Both the position numbers and the translations under genes were made by a program. From the NCBI GenBank assembly GCA_051382335.1, contig JBBCAX010000324.1, positions 1-20,035 of the forward strand: 20,035 nt of DNA. Direction: 5' to 3'. The stretch comes from Deltaproteobacteria bacterium TL4. Its GTDB lineage: Bacteria; SAR324; NAC60-12. The notes below the pieces were generated by a model. That model did no database searches, had not been told where the DNA came from, and saw only the letters and a program-made list of their open reading frames with translations. This document shows positions 7,362 to 16,958 of this stretch, piece after piece (within the stretch, counting starts at the first letter, position 1; the number at the start of each line of letters is the position of its first letter).

Positions 7362-8054
7362 TTAGGGTTTGTGCTCCAACAGACCTGCTCGTTTTTTAAG
7401 TTCCAACAATTCCAGATCAACACTTGAGGACTTATTTTCCAGCTCTAAAAATTTCTTTTCTAAACTGTCTCGACCGGAGTCCATGGAAAGTTCTTGATAG
7501 GCTTCCGACTTCGCCTGCATGGCTTCGACCTTTTCTTCCATCCGTTCAATGGTTTCAATCGTGCTGGCATTGCTATTGATGCCTTCCAGCGTTTGGTAAA
7601 GTTTATTCTGAGCCTCGGCCTGGCGTTGTTTGGCGACAAGTAACCCTTTTTTACGTTTGATTTCTTCAATCTTGTCTTCAAGTTTTTGATAATTCAACCG
7701 TAAGGTTTCCGTATTTTTAGTATAGAGCGTGACCTGTTTTTCGTACTCCAAGGCCCGTTTGTCATGTTCATTTTTTCGCAACAAGGCTTCTTTTGCCAGT
7801 TCATCCCGGTCATTCTGAACGGCCAAGATCGCTTTTTGCTCCCACTTGTGAACTTCTTCCTGTTCCTGGGCCCAGGTTTTTTCCAAGCGTTTCTGATCGG
7901 CAAGGGTCTGGGCCAGTTGATCTTTGGCTTGCCGCTTTTGGGCTTCCAAATCAGTCACCATCTGATTTAACATTTTTTCGGGATCTTCCGCACTGTCCAA
8001 AAGACTGTTCACATTAGAACGGAACACATTGATGAATCTGGAAAAAATACTCAT
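7362..8054 (-). CDS. pspA: Phage shock protein A (PspA/IM30 family)
   Basis: MSIFSRFINVFRSNVNSLLDSAEDPEKMLNQ, LAKEAL and ERMEEKV coiled-coil motifs. GGAG precedes ATG 8054. Confidence 0.93.
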   Translation of the reverse strand: MSIFSRFINVFRSNVNSLLDSAEDPEKMLNQMVTDLEAQKRQAKDQLAQTLADQKRLEKTWAQEQEEVHKWEQKAILAVQNDRDELAKEALLRKNEHDKRALEYEKQVTLYTKNTETLRLNYQKLEDKIEEIKRKKGLLVAKQRQAEAQNKLYQTLEGINSNASTIETIERMEEKVEAMQAKSEAYQELSMDSGRDSLEKKFLELENKSSSVDLELLELKKRAGLLEHKP

Positions 8055-8085
8055 AAGACTCTCCACTCAAAAAACCGTTAAGGAA

Positions 8086-9765
8086 CTAAAAAAGTTGTTT
8101 CCGTTTATTAGAGGGCAAGATATTCAAGGCTTCCCTGTACTTCGCGACGGTTCTCCTGGCCACTCGAATATTGCTCCGCTTATAAAGGATATCCGCAATT
8201 TGCAAGTCGGTGTAAGGAGAACGCAAATTTTCATTTTGTACGAGTTGTTCAATCATTTCCTTGATACGTTTTGAAGAGATGGATTCTCCTCCGTCCTGAT
8301 CAATACCACTGGTGAAAAAATATTTCAGCTCAAAAATGCCCTGAGGGGTATGAACATACTTATTGGTCGTAATCCGGCTGACCGTCGATTCGTGGACATC
8401 AATATCTTCAGCGACATCTTTAAGAACTAAGGGTTTTAAGTAGTGAATGCCTTTGTCTAAAAAATCTTTTTGAAACTTGAGGATACTTTGAGTGACCCGA
8501 TAAATCGTTTTTTGGCGTTGTTCAATGCTTTTCATCAACCATTGACCTGATTTAATTTTTTCCTGGATGTATTCCTTGGTCAGATTTCCATCCTCTTCCA
8601 TGGTTTCTGAAAGATTTTTGTAGTAATTGCTGACTCGAAGCCGTGGAATGCCCTGTTCATTGAGCGCAACTTTATATTCGTTATTAGACTTATAGATGTA
8701 AACATCAGGAATGATATAATGATGAGAAGGGGTATCGACATAGGCTCGTCCAGGTTTAGGTTCAAGCGACATGATCAGCTTATAGGCCTCAATCACATGC
8801 TCCAGATCCTGCTTGTGCCGCCGTGCGATTTTTCTTAAGTCTTTGCATTCCAATAACGACATGTCTTTGCTGACAATCTGATAGCAAAGTAAATCTTCCA
8901 TCCCATTCATTCTTAATTGGATCAACAGACATTCCTGTAACTGACGGGCCCCCACTCCATTGGGGTCAAATTCCTGGATCCTGAGTAACACCTGTTCCAC
9001 AAAATAGGCAGCTTCCAACGAGACTTCAATCGGCTGTGACGTGTCCTCCTCCTCTTCGACGTTTTCCTCAAATGTAGGCGGTGTATTTTTCTTCCCCTTC
9101 ACCATATCGGTTTTTTTACCCGGCACAAATTTGTGATCCAATTGTGTGATATCGAAATCCTCAGGGACCTCCCAGGGGGACTCTTTAAATTGCTCCAAGA
9201 TGGCTTCATGCAATTCAGGGTCAAGTTCTAAGAGTTCTCGTATGCTTGTGGTTAAATAGCCGTCATTTTCAATGTTTCCAATGAGTTGAAGTCCAATCGC
9301 ATAATCCAGAGGTTCCACGTTGAGCATATTCAACTGCCAGGTGAGGTGCTCTACCAAAGATTTCTCATGGGTTAAGGTCGCTTCCAGAGAAGGATAGTCC
9401 TCATCATTAGAAGAAGAAGACACTCGTTTCTCTCCTTGGTAGGAACTGAACTCCACATACTGCTGCCAGTCAATGTCTTCTGGGCTTTGAACGGTTTTTT
9501 CGATCTCCCGTACCGTTTCAAAAATAGAAGAGGATTCTGAAACGACATCCATTTTTTCTGTGGTGTCTTCAGCTTTCTCATTCAAGGTGGGGTAGGTATC
9601 AATGTCGATCGATTCCTCTAAGACAGGATTCTCAATCAGAGACTGATCAATCAGTTCCTCCAGTTCTGTCCGGGACAATTGCAGCAACTTAATTGCCTGT
9701 TGCAATTGAGGAGTCATGATCAACTGTTGACTTAACCGCATTTGCAGCTTCATTTGCATAGCCAT
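8086..9765 (-). CDS. rpoN: RNA polymerase sigma-54 factor
   Basis: Region I QQLIMTPQLQQAIKLLQL, HESTVSR HTH, ELKYFF and RpoN box ARRTVAKYRE. Confidence 0.98.
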   Translation of the reverse strand: MAMQMKLQMRLSQQLIMTPQLQQAIKLLQLSRTELEELIDQSLIENPVLEESIDIDTYPTLNEKAEDTTEKMDVVSESSSIFETVREIEKTVQSPEDIDWQQYVEFSSYQGEKRVSSSSNDEDYPSLEATLTHEKSLVEHLTWQLNMLNVEPLDYAIGLQLIGNIENDGYLTTSIRELLELDPELHEAILEQFKESPWEVPEDFDITQLDHKFVPGKKTDMVKGKKNTPPTFEENVEEEEDTSQPIEVSLEAAYFVEQVLLRIQEFDPNGVGARQLQECLLIQLRMNGMEDLLCYQIVSKDMSLLECKDLRKIARRHKQDLEHVIEAYKLIMSLEPKPGRAYVDTPSHHYIIPDVYIYKSNNEYKVALNEQGIPRLRVSNYYKNLSETMEEDGNLTKEYIQEKIKSGQWLMKSIEQRQKTIYRVTQSILKFQKDFLDKGIHYLKPLVLKDVAEDIDVHESTVSRITTNKYVHTPQGIFELKYFFTSGIDQDGGESISSKRIKEMIEQLVQNENLRSPYTDLQIADILYKRSNIRVARRTVAKYREALNILPSNKRKQLF

Positions 9766-9994
9766 ACACACCTGTTCTTTGTTAATGTTAGTTGAAGCAT
9801 TTCTGTTGTTTCTCTTTGTGGGAATAGAGAATGAGTTACTCTAATCAGTGGCTATGAGTCTTTTGTGATTCTCATATTTTTTGTATCAACCCCGGCTGAG
9901 AATTTGCTCCTAACGGCAAAAATCGGACCAAAATATTGCACTGTTGTTTTTTACATAGGCTAACGGAAATAAAAAGTCAAATTTGAGGATGCGT

Positions 9995-10717
9995 TTACAT
10001 AGAAAAACTTTCTCCAAGGTAAACTTTCCTGGCTTGCTGATTTCTAAAAAGTTCTTTAGGGGTCCCCTGAACCAGCAATTCTCCCGCATTCATAATATAG
10101 CCGTGATCAATTATGCCAAAGGTTTCTCGGACATTATGGTCGGTGATCAAGACCCCAATATTTTTTTCGGTTAAGTGCCGTATGATTTGTTGAATGTCTA
10201 AAACCGCAATGGGATCAACTCCGGCAAAGGGCTCATCCAGCAGAATAAACGTAGGTTCCAGCGCCAACGCCCTGGCAATTTCCGCACGACGACTTTCACC
10301 TCCTGAAAGGGCATAGCCCTTGAGCTTGCGGACATGATGAATCCCCAGTTCATTGAGCAGTTGTTCGAGGCGCTGCTGTTTCTCTGCCTTCGAAAGGCTT
10401 AACATTTCCATGACCGCTAATAAATTTTGTTCGACCGTTAATTTTCTAAAAATAGAGCGTTCCTGGGATAAATAACCGAGTCCGGCTTTTGCCCGACGAT
10501 GCATGGGAAGTTGCGTGATATCCCGCTCGTCGATAAAAATAGAACCCGTATCCGGTCTGATCACGCCTGCAATCATATAAAAAGTGGTCGTTTTGCCTGC
10601 TCCATTAGGCCCCAGAAGTCCTACAACATGTCCTTGAGACACTTCGATGGAGACGCCTTTGACGACTTGACGACCTTTGTAAGATTTAATTAAGCCTTTA
10701 GCAATTAATCGTTTCAT
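9995..10717 (-). CDS. lptB: LPS export ABC transporter ATP-binding protein
   Basis: GPNGAGKTT, LSGGESRRAEIARAL, LLDEPFAGVDPIAV and LITDHNVRET. Located upstream of rpoN. Confidence 0.97.
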   Translation of the reverse strand: MKRLIAKGLIKSYKGRQVVKGVSIEVSQGHVVGLLGPNGAGKTTTFYMIAGVIRPDTGSIFIDERDITQLPMHRRAKAGLGYLSQERSIFRKLTVEQNLLAVMEMLSLSKAEKQQRLEQLLNELGIHHVRKLKGYALSGGESRRAEIARALALEPTFILLDEPFAGVDPIAVLDIQQIIRHLTEKNIGVLITDHNVRETFGIIDHGYIMNAGELLVQGTPKELFRNQQARKVYLGESFSM

Positions 10718-10776
10718 GTTGATCTCATAGAGGTACTCGTCAGTGAACAGTTTTCCGTGAGCAGTTATAAAATATT

Positions 10777-10803
10777 TTTCGTGTTATTTCGTGAATTTCG
10801 TGG
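10777..10803. repeat. Solo TTTCGTG triad arm
   Basis: tttcgtgttatttcgtgaatttcgtgg, the same unit as the right arm at 3955-3980. Confidence 0.6.
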
Positions 10804-10982
10804 ACTCCGTCAAAAATAACGCATTAAGACTTTACACTATTATTCTCGATTGTCGTTTGAGGGAAGTTGTCCTAAATTAATTTAACATTTGAGTATTTTT
10901 ATGTTACACTCCCTCCTCCTGTATTTAAGAATTCATTTCCAAATAAACAAACCATTTTAAAGAAAGTGGAGAGATAGTCAAT

Positions 10983-11330
10983 ATGCCAATCTACGAATAT
11001 ATTTGCAATGATTGTAATTATGAATTTGAAGAACTACAAAGATTCAATGACCCTCACCTTGAGCAATGTCCTCGCTGTGGAGTCCGCCACGTGGAGCGTA
11101 AAGTCTCCGCAAGCGCCTTTCATTTAAAGGGAGGAGGCTGGTACAAAGACGGGTATTCTTCCGCGCCAACGTCAGCATCAGAATCAACGTCAGCATCAAG
11201 CGAAGGCGCGAAGTCTTCCTCAAAGACGGGAGGCGAATCCAAGAAAAGTGACACAAGCAGTAAAGATTCAAAATCGTCTTCAGAGAACTCTTCCAAAGTT
11301 CCCGCGCCCAGTACGTCCAGTGCCGCTTAA
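10983..11330 (+). CDS. FmdB-family zinc-ribbon protein with Ser-rich tail
   Basis: MPIYEYICNDC...CPRCG...FHLKGGGWY, RBS GGAGA. Confidence 0.92.
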   Translation: MPIYEYICNDCNYEFEELQRFNDPHLEQCPRCGVRHVERKVSASAFHLKGGGWYKDGYSSAPTSASESTSASSEGAKSSSKTGGESKKSDTSSKDSKSSSENSSKVPAPSTSSAA

Positions 11331-11336
11331 ACAGAA

Positions 11337-11528
11337 TTAATCCCAGACAAAATCATCTTTACTGACTTTTTCAATCAGCGATTGCAGTTCCTCCCCTGAT
11401 GGGGGGGAAAACAAGCTTTTCTCGAGGGCCTCCTCTTCTGATTCAAAAGAGGGGACAAGCTCTGAGAGCTTCTTCCTTTGCTTCCAAATTTTCCTTTCAA
11501 TCCTATTGATTCTCTTACGATTTGCCAT
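11337..11528 (-). CDS. Small hypothetical protein (63 aa)
   Basis: GAGGG RBS before ATG 11528. Basic N-terminus (MANRKRINRIERKIWKQRKK) and acidic C-terminus. Confidence 0.55.
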   Translation of the reverse strand: MANRKRINRIERKIWKQRKKLSELVPSFESEEEALEKSLFSPPSGEELQSLIEKVSKDDFVWD

Positions 11529-11757
11529 TTTATATACCCTCATCAGCAATCTTAAACCCTAAACATCGCACACTCATTTATAGCGTTTTTAAAGATTATC
11601 TACAATGTTTAAACTAAGGAAAGGGTGAGGTTGGGTTCTATTGAGGACCCCTCGGGTTTCGCCCTTGCGTTTCGCCAGGGGTTCATGGTATTCACTACGG
11701 GAACACGCTGATTCAGCGGTTGTCAGGTTTTGAAAAATAGTTTAGACGAATGGCCGC

Positions 11758-12552
11758 ATGGCAATCTCACTAGCATTTCGTGAATATGGACTTAAGGGAC
11801 CTCCGCTCATTATCTTACACGGGTTACTGGGTTCTTCGAGCAACTGGGCGACTATTGCTCGTCAACTGCAGGCTGATTACCATCTCTGGGTGTTAGATTT
11901 GAGAAATCACGGGGATTCCGCGCATGTTGAAACCATGACTTATGAAGAAATGGCTGAGGATGTCTTTGCGTTTATGGACTGTCATGAGTTAGGTCCTTCC
12001 CTGCTTTTGGGCCATAGTCTGGGAGGGAAAATCGCAATGTGGTGCGCCTTGCAGGATCCCCTGCGCTTTTCGCGCTTATTGGTTGCGGATATTGCGCCTG
12101 TCGCCTATGATCATTCCCATTTAGAGCTGGTGCACCTCTTGAAAAAGATTGATTTAACGGCTGTTACCAAACGGGATGATGTCGAGCAGATGCTGACTTC
12201 TGAAATTCAGGCAAAACCTTTGAGACAGTTTTTAATGAAAAATTTGTACGTCAACCAGGGGAGCTTTCGATGGAAAGTAAATTTGGACGCAATTGAAAAA
12301 TCGGTGTCTCAACTCAGTAGTTTTCCACAAAGCGTGAATCAGGCTTACTTGGGAAAAACGCTGTTCATCGGGGGCGTTAAGTCGGACTATCTTACAAGAC
12401 AACACTATGCGGAGATTTACCGGTTATTTCCTGCTACCCAAATTGTGATGTTGAAGGAGGCAGGGCACTGGTTGCATGTCGATCAAGCGGAACATTTTGT
12501 CCAGACCCTCCGTGCTTTTTTAAGACCCCAGGGGACTGTTCAAAAATGCTGA
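11758..12552 (+). CDS. YbfF/ABHD11-like alpha/beta hydrolase (esterase)
   Basis: LHGLLGS, DLRNHG, GHSLGG, DIAP and AGHWLH. Confidence 0.92.
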   Translation: MAISLAFREYGLKGPPLIILHGLLGSSSNWATIARQLQADYHLWVLDLRNHGDSAHVETMTYEEMAEDVFAFMDCHELGPSLLLGHSLGGKIAMWCALQDPLRFSRLLVADIAPVAYDHSHLELVHLLKKIDLTAVTKRDDVEQMLTSEIQAKPLRQFLMKNLYVNQGSFRWKVNLDAIEKSVSQLSSFPQSVNQAYLGKTLFIGGVKSDYLTRQHYAEIYRLFPATQIVMLKEAGHWLHVDQAEHFVQTLRAFLRPQGTVQKC

Positions 12553-12556
12553 AATG

Positions 12557-12644
12557 GTAGGGGGCCGCTGAGCTTGCGAAGCGCACCAGAAAACTTGCTG
12601 TCCCTTGTTTTTGGTGCGCTCGCTTCGCTTAAGCGGCACCCTCC
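12557..12644. repeat. GTAG-type REP-like doublet
   Basis: gtagggggccgctgagcttgcgaagcgcacca versus the inverted copy (rc) ggagggtgccgcttaagcgaagcgagcgcacca. Confidence 0.7.
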
Positions 12645-12742
12645 TTAGGCGCGATATTCCCGGACTGACGATTGGTCTAGGTAAACGATGGGGCCCCCCG
12701 ATTAAGCGTTGTCAAATCATATCAATTCGTAGGATAAAATTT

Positions 12743-13117
12743 ATGAAACAGATATTGGTTGTGGAAGATAATGAAAATAATCAGCTAGTGATTGATGATA
12801 TTTTTCGTCGTTATCGAAAAGAGTATCAATTGCGTTTTGTCCAAAATGGTCAACAACTGTGGGCGTCTCTGGAGCAGGAGTTGCCCGACATGATTCTGCT
12901 GGATATGCGGCTGCCTGGAGTCTCAGGGTGGGAATTGGCGGAACAATTGAAAGCAAAAGCGGAAACAAGGCATTTGCCCCTGATTGCGGTGACAGCTCAT
13001 GCGATGAAAGGCGATGAAGAGCGAGCACGAGCCGCCGGGTGTAACGATTTTGTGACCAAACCTATTCAAAAGCAGACGCTCCTGGACAAAGTGAAACAAT
13101 GGATGGCTCAGACGTGA
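12743..13117 (+). CDS. Single-domain response regulator (DivK/CheY-like)
   Basis: ILVVEDN, ILLDMRLPGVSG, AVTAHAMKGD and VTKPI. AGGA RBS before ATG 12743. The longer ORF start reads through the REP. Confidence 0.93.
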   Translation: MKQILVVEDNENNQLVIDDIFRRYRKEYQLRFVQNGQQLWASLEQELPDMILLDMRLPGVSGWELAEQLKAKAETRHLPLIAVTAHAMKGDEERARAAGCNDFVTKPIQKQTLLDKVKQWMAQT

Positions 13118-14064
13118 TAGTAGGAACGATACCATTCAATGAATCTTGGAATACCTTCCTCAATTTTGGTGGTGGGGTGAAAACCATATAATTTTTGAAT
13201 TTTCTCTATATCCGCATAGGTCTCAGCAACATCTCCAGGTTGGAGGGGGAGATAATTTCTTTGAGCCTTTTTACCTAGACAGTTCTCGATGATCGTAATA
13301 AACTGCTCCAACGCTTCGGACTGGTGGTTCCCGATATTAAAGATTTCATAAGGCTGAGGGTTTTCCAGACAGGCGATTACTCCCGAAACGATATCATCAA
13401 CATAAGTAAAGTCCCGCTTCATTTTGCCATGGTTATAGACATCAATGGGCCTGTTTTCAAGAATCGCCTTGGTGAATAAAAATAAAGCCATATCCGGACG
13501 TCCCCACGGTCCATAGACGGTGAAGAATCTCAGTCCCGTTGTGGGAAGATGGTAAAGGTGGCTATAGGTGTGCGCCATCAATTCGTTTGCTTTTTTAGTG
13601 GCCGCATAGAGAGAAATCGGATGGTCCACGGGATCTTCAACACTGAAGGGGAGTTTTTTGTTTTTCCCATAAACTGAAGAAGAAGAGGCGTAAACAAAAT
13701 TAGCGACTTGGTGTTTTTTAGAGAGTTCAAGGATGTTGAGGAACCCTTCCAGGTTACTTTTTTGGTAGGCAAAAGGATTCGTTATGGAGTAACGTACTCC
13801 AGCTTGGGCCGCCAGGTTGCAGACCGCATGAATCGAATGTTGGTTGAAAACCAGTTGTAAGGCTGCCAAATCGGTCAAATCATAGGGGTAGAAGTGAAAA
13901 TTGGGTTCTTTCTGAAGAAGCGCAAGGCGGTCTTTTTTGAGCTGAACGTCATAGTAATCGTTTAAATTATCAAGCCCTATGACGGTTTTGTTGCCTTGTA
14001 ACAGACGCTGTGCTGTATGAAATCCAATAAATCCTGCGGCACCTGTGACTAAGTATGTATCCAT
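13108..14064 (-). CDS. NAD-dependent epimerase (UDP-glucuronate 4-epimerase/CapI-like)
   Basis: TGAAGFIG, LAAQAGVRYS, YAATKK and YGPWGRPDMA. AAGGAG RBS before ATG 14064. Confidence 0.93.
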   Translation of the reverse strand: MDTYLVTGAAGFIGFHTAQRLLQGNKTVIGLDNLNDYYDVQLKKDRLALLQKEPNFHFYPYDLTDLAALQLVFNQHSIHAVCNLAAQAGVRYSITNPFAYQKSNLEGFLNILELSKKHQVANFVYASSSSVYGKNKKLPFSVEDPVDHPISLYAATKKANELMAHTYSHLYHLPTTGLRFFTVYGPWGRPDMALFLFTKAILENRPIDVYNHGKMKRDFTYVDDIVSGVIACLENPQPYEIFNIGNHQSEALEQFITIIENCLGKKAQRNYLPLQPGDVAETYADIEKIQKLYGFHPTTKIEEGIPRFIEWYRSYYHV

Positions 14065-14205
14065 AAAATATCTCCTTAAACGAATTGAAGCGGGTAAGCT
14101 AGCGGATGCAAATCTGAAAATCAAGTCATCTGGTGTCGGACTTAAAGTTCCCTGTGGGAAACTTTGCGCTGTAGCTGAAGCTATGAATATAATAAGAGGA
14201 TCAAA

Positions 14206-14814
14206 ATGTTACGGTTATTTTTTGATGTTGATGGGGTTTTATTGGACTTTGAAAGTCGCTTTATTCGCGTCATAAAAAATTATTTCAGTTTAGATATTTC
14301 TGATAATTATCAGTCCAATAGTTGGGATTTTACGGAGTTATTGACGCCAGCACAACTTATCGAAAGTTGGGAATATTTTCTATCCAGCGAGCATTTTGGC
14401 ACATTGGACCCCCTCGTGGACCCTGTGATGTTTAACGAGGTTTATGGGGCATATCCTGTGCATTTCATTACGAACATTCCTCCTGATTATTTAGAAGTAC
14501 GACGAATGAACTTGCTCCATGCGGGATTTCAATTTGAATCTATCCATTGCGGAGGTATGCTTTCATTTGATGACAAGCCACCGTGCACGAAGGGGGAAAT
14601 GATCCAAAATATAAGACAAAAGGGTGAAACGATATTTTTTGTGGATGATCATCCTGATAATTGTGTGAATGTCCATACTTTGTGCCCACAGTCGATTGTG
14701 TGGTTAATGTCCCGTTCTTTCAATCAAGGATTTGAGCATCCTGAAATACGACGAGCAGAGCATTGGAATGAGGTTTTCGCATTTTCCAAAGAACTTGCGG
14801 GAACATTTCAATAA
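14206..14814 (+). CDS. HAD-superfamily hydrolase (5'-nucleotidase-like)
   Basis: Motif I FDVDGVL, motif II ITN, Lys (TKG) and motif IV FVDDHPDN. AGGA RBS. Confidence 0.75.
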   Translation: MLRLFFDVDGVLLDFESRFIRVIKNYFSLDISDNYQSNSWDFTELLTPAQLIESWEYFLSSEHFGTLDPLVDPVMFNEVYGAYPVHFITNIPPDYLEVRRMNLLHAGFQFESIHCGGMLSFDDKPPCTKGEMIQNIRQKGETIFFVDDHPDNCVNVHTLCPQSIVWLMSRSFNQGFEHPEIRRAEHWNEVFAFSKELAGTFQ

Positions 14815-14852
14815 AAGATGCCGATGACGGATGCGGTTTGGGTGAATCATCA

Positions 14853-15803
14853 ATGTTAGACCTTATACGTTATCGAAACGTGAAATGCTTGCTTATCCTC
14901 TTGTTTGGGACGGGGTTATTCGTTATGGGAACCCCTGTGCTTTTATATGCGCAGACGGAAGACCCCAATGCACCGGCCGTTGATAATGCGGCGAATGTTC
15001 CTGTAGAGGATACGGGAACCGCGGCAAGTAGTGCCGCTCCTGGTGGCGCTTTTTGGCGTGTTGCTTTTTATGAAGTCCTGGCACAGCGGTTCCTGCAGCA
15101 TCCGTTTTATCGAATGACAGGCAATTGGCGTTTCAAAGAGGGGGCGGGCTCTCTTAACTCCAGTCAGGATAATATCCGTTTGCTTTCAACAGAGCAGGAC
15201 CTAGACAGACACGACCAGGTGGAAAGCGATTTACAGCGCTTAACACATTCTTTGCCTGTGGGCTCTGTGGAATACATTACTCCCACAAATCTGATTTTCA
15301 TCACGGGGGTCAGTGTGATGGCCGGATACACGAACACCTGGCTGATGGATAATGTCGCGAAAATTACTAAAAATGATCCCATTTCTTCAACTCCTATTAT
15401 TCGATTACGGTCTCATTTCTTTTATTCTGCGGTTTCTGTTTATTTGTTTAGTCCTCCTCAAGCGGATACTATTGATTTTTACTATGGCCTTGGCTATACG
15501 TATGTCGAAAGTACCTTACGCACCGGGTTTCGCAGAAGAGGAACTCGTCTTCCTATCCCGACCAGTACGGTTGAAGAGCTGAATGCCTATGTAGCGGAAA
15601 AGCCTCTGTTTCTCAAACGGATCGGGATGGCCTCCTCAGGAGAAAATTTTGGATTTTCTTTTGAAACGATCATTCTCGATAATACACCGATTCTTGAAAA
15701 TCCTTTTTATGACAGCCCCTTAATCAAAACCCGTCCTTTAGATAAAAAAATCAATATCGGTGGAATTTTATTGCGGGCCACGGTGATCTATAGTTTTTGG
15801 TAA
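14853..15803 (+). CDS. Hypothetical exported protein, possibly an outer-membrane beta-barrel
   Basis: Signal-like N-terminus (…VLLYA|QTE), amphipathic strands (FYYGLGYTYV) and aromatic C-terminus ATVIYSFW. Confidence 0.65.
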   Translation: MLDLIRYRNVKCLLILLFGTGLFVMGTPVLLYAQTEDPNAPAVDNAANVPVEDTGTAASSAAPGGAFWRVAFYEVLAQRFLQHPFYRMTGNWRFKEGAGSLNSSQDNIRLLSTEQDLDRHDQVESDLQRLTHSLPVGSVEYITPTNLIFITGVSVMAGYTNTWLMDNVAKITKNDPISSTPIIRLRSHFFYSAVSVYLFSPPQADTIDFYYGLGYTYVESTLRTGFRRRGTRLPIPTSTVEELNAYVAEKPLFLKRIGMASSGENFGFSFETIILDNTPILENPFYDSPLIKTRPLDKKINIGGILLRATVIYSFW

Positions 15804-15815
15804 AGACGGCCATCG

Positions 15816-16745
15816 TTAACCTTTCTCCAGAAACTTCATAATATCCCGCAGGATCTGATTTTCGGAGCCTTTGGTGTACCAGTGTATTTGCGTTTCTTTA
15901 TGGAACCAGGTTAATTGGCGTTTTGCGTAATTTCTGGTTTTTTGTTGAATCTTTTCAATCATTGTTTCGCGATCTAATTCCCCTTGCAGAAACTGTAGAA
16001 TTTGATGGTATCCGATTGCGTGTAATGGTTTCAGATGGGGAGGATATAGTTTCAGGAGTGCTTCCACTTCCGCAACCCATCCTGAGCGGAGCATCTCATA
16101 GGTCCGCTGATTAATTCGTTCATAAAGGACAGGGCGCTCAAAAGCATATCCAACGGTAAAGAGTGAATATTTGAGAGTATCAAAAGGCTGTTGCTGTTGA
16201 AAGTGCAGGAGGGACTCTCCCGTATAGAGTACGACTTCCAAGGCCCGTAATATTCGAGTGGTATCATTCGGGTGGAGTTGTCGCGCCGCCTGAGGGTCTG
16301 TTTCCTGTAGCCGTTGAAAGCAATAAGCCAAGCCTTGCTCGTGATGCCAGGCTTCGATTTGTTGCTTGAGCTCTGGGGGAACGTTGGGGATTTTTGAAAT
16401 CCCATAGACGGCAGCCCGGTAATACAAGCCTGTTCCTCCAACAAGAATAGGAACGGTCGGTTGCTTCAGAAGTTGCGGTAATAACTCATCAAGATCCCGT
16501 TCATAGGCACCGGCAGAGTAATCACCGTCAGGGTCCACCAAATCCAATTGGTAGTGTGGAACCAGTTGTCTTTCCTGCAGGCTCGGTTTGGAGGTGCCAA
16601 TATCCAGCATACGGTAAACTTGCATGGAGTCTGTACCAATCAGGACTCCTCCCAATTGCTGCGCCAGCCATAAGGCTAAATCACTTTTACTACTGGCGGT
16701 TGGGCCGACAACGGCAATTATTTTAGGTTTTTTTGAGTCGGACAT
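15816..16745 (-). CDS. miaA: tRNA dimethylallyltransferase
   Basis: GPTASSKS, DSMQVYR.LDIGTSKP, VGGTGLY, RILRALEV and TRNYAKRQLTWF. Confidence 0.97.
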   Translation of the reverse strand: MSDSKKPKIIAVVGPTASSKSDLALWLAQQLGGVLIGTDSMQVYRMLDIGTSKPSLQERQLVPHYQLDLVDPDGDYSAGAYERDLDELLPQLLKQPTVPILVGGTGLYYRAAVYGISKIPNVPPELKQQIEAWHHEQGLAYCFQRLQETDPQAARQLHPNDTTRILRALEVVLYTGESLLHFQQQQPFDTLKYSLFTVGYAFERPVLYERINQRTYEMLRSGWVAEVEALLKLYPPHLKPLHAIGYHQILQFLQGELDRETMIEKIQQKTRNYAKRQLTWFHKETQIHWYTKGSENQILRDIMKFLEKG

Positions 16746-16958
16746 GGCGCTAATTAATTTCCCTTCCTGGTTTTAAGAAACCGCGTCAATTCGACACGGG
16801 CATAAAAGAATGGACTATGAAATGCATTTCTTTAAGATAAATATTGCTGAACTTTGTGTCTTTTGTCTTTTTGTAGAATATTTCACGCCGGTTTCCCAGT
16901 ATACGTGAATTCAATAGTCAAATCAACTTCATACGGAAATGAGTTGAATACTACAAGG

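Noticed and set aside
11167..11198. Duplicated caacgtcagcatca (18-nt period)
   Set aside because: In-frame slippage within the Ser/Thr-rich FmdB tail.
11621..11667. GC-rich imperfect hairpin in a divergent intergenic region
   Set aside because: No recognisable riboswitch, tRNA or REP signature.
12605..12742. 46-aa N-terminal extension of the response regulator
   Set aside because: It reads through a REP arm, and a good RBS and ATG lie at 12743.
16923..16948. Imperfect hairpin tcaacttcat/atgagttga
   Set aside because: Short, single copy and without a U-tract, so no function can be supported.
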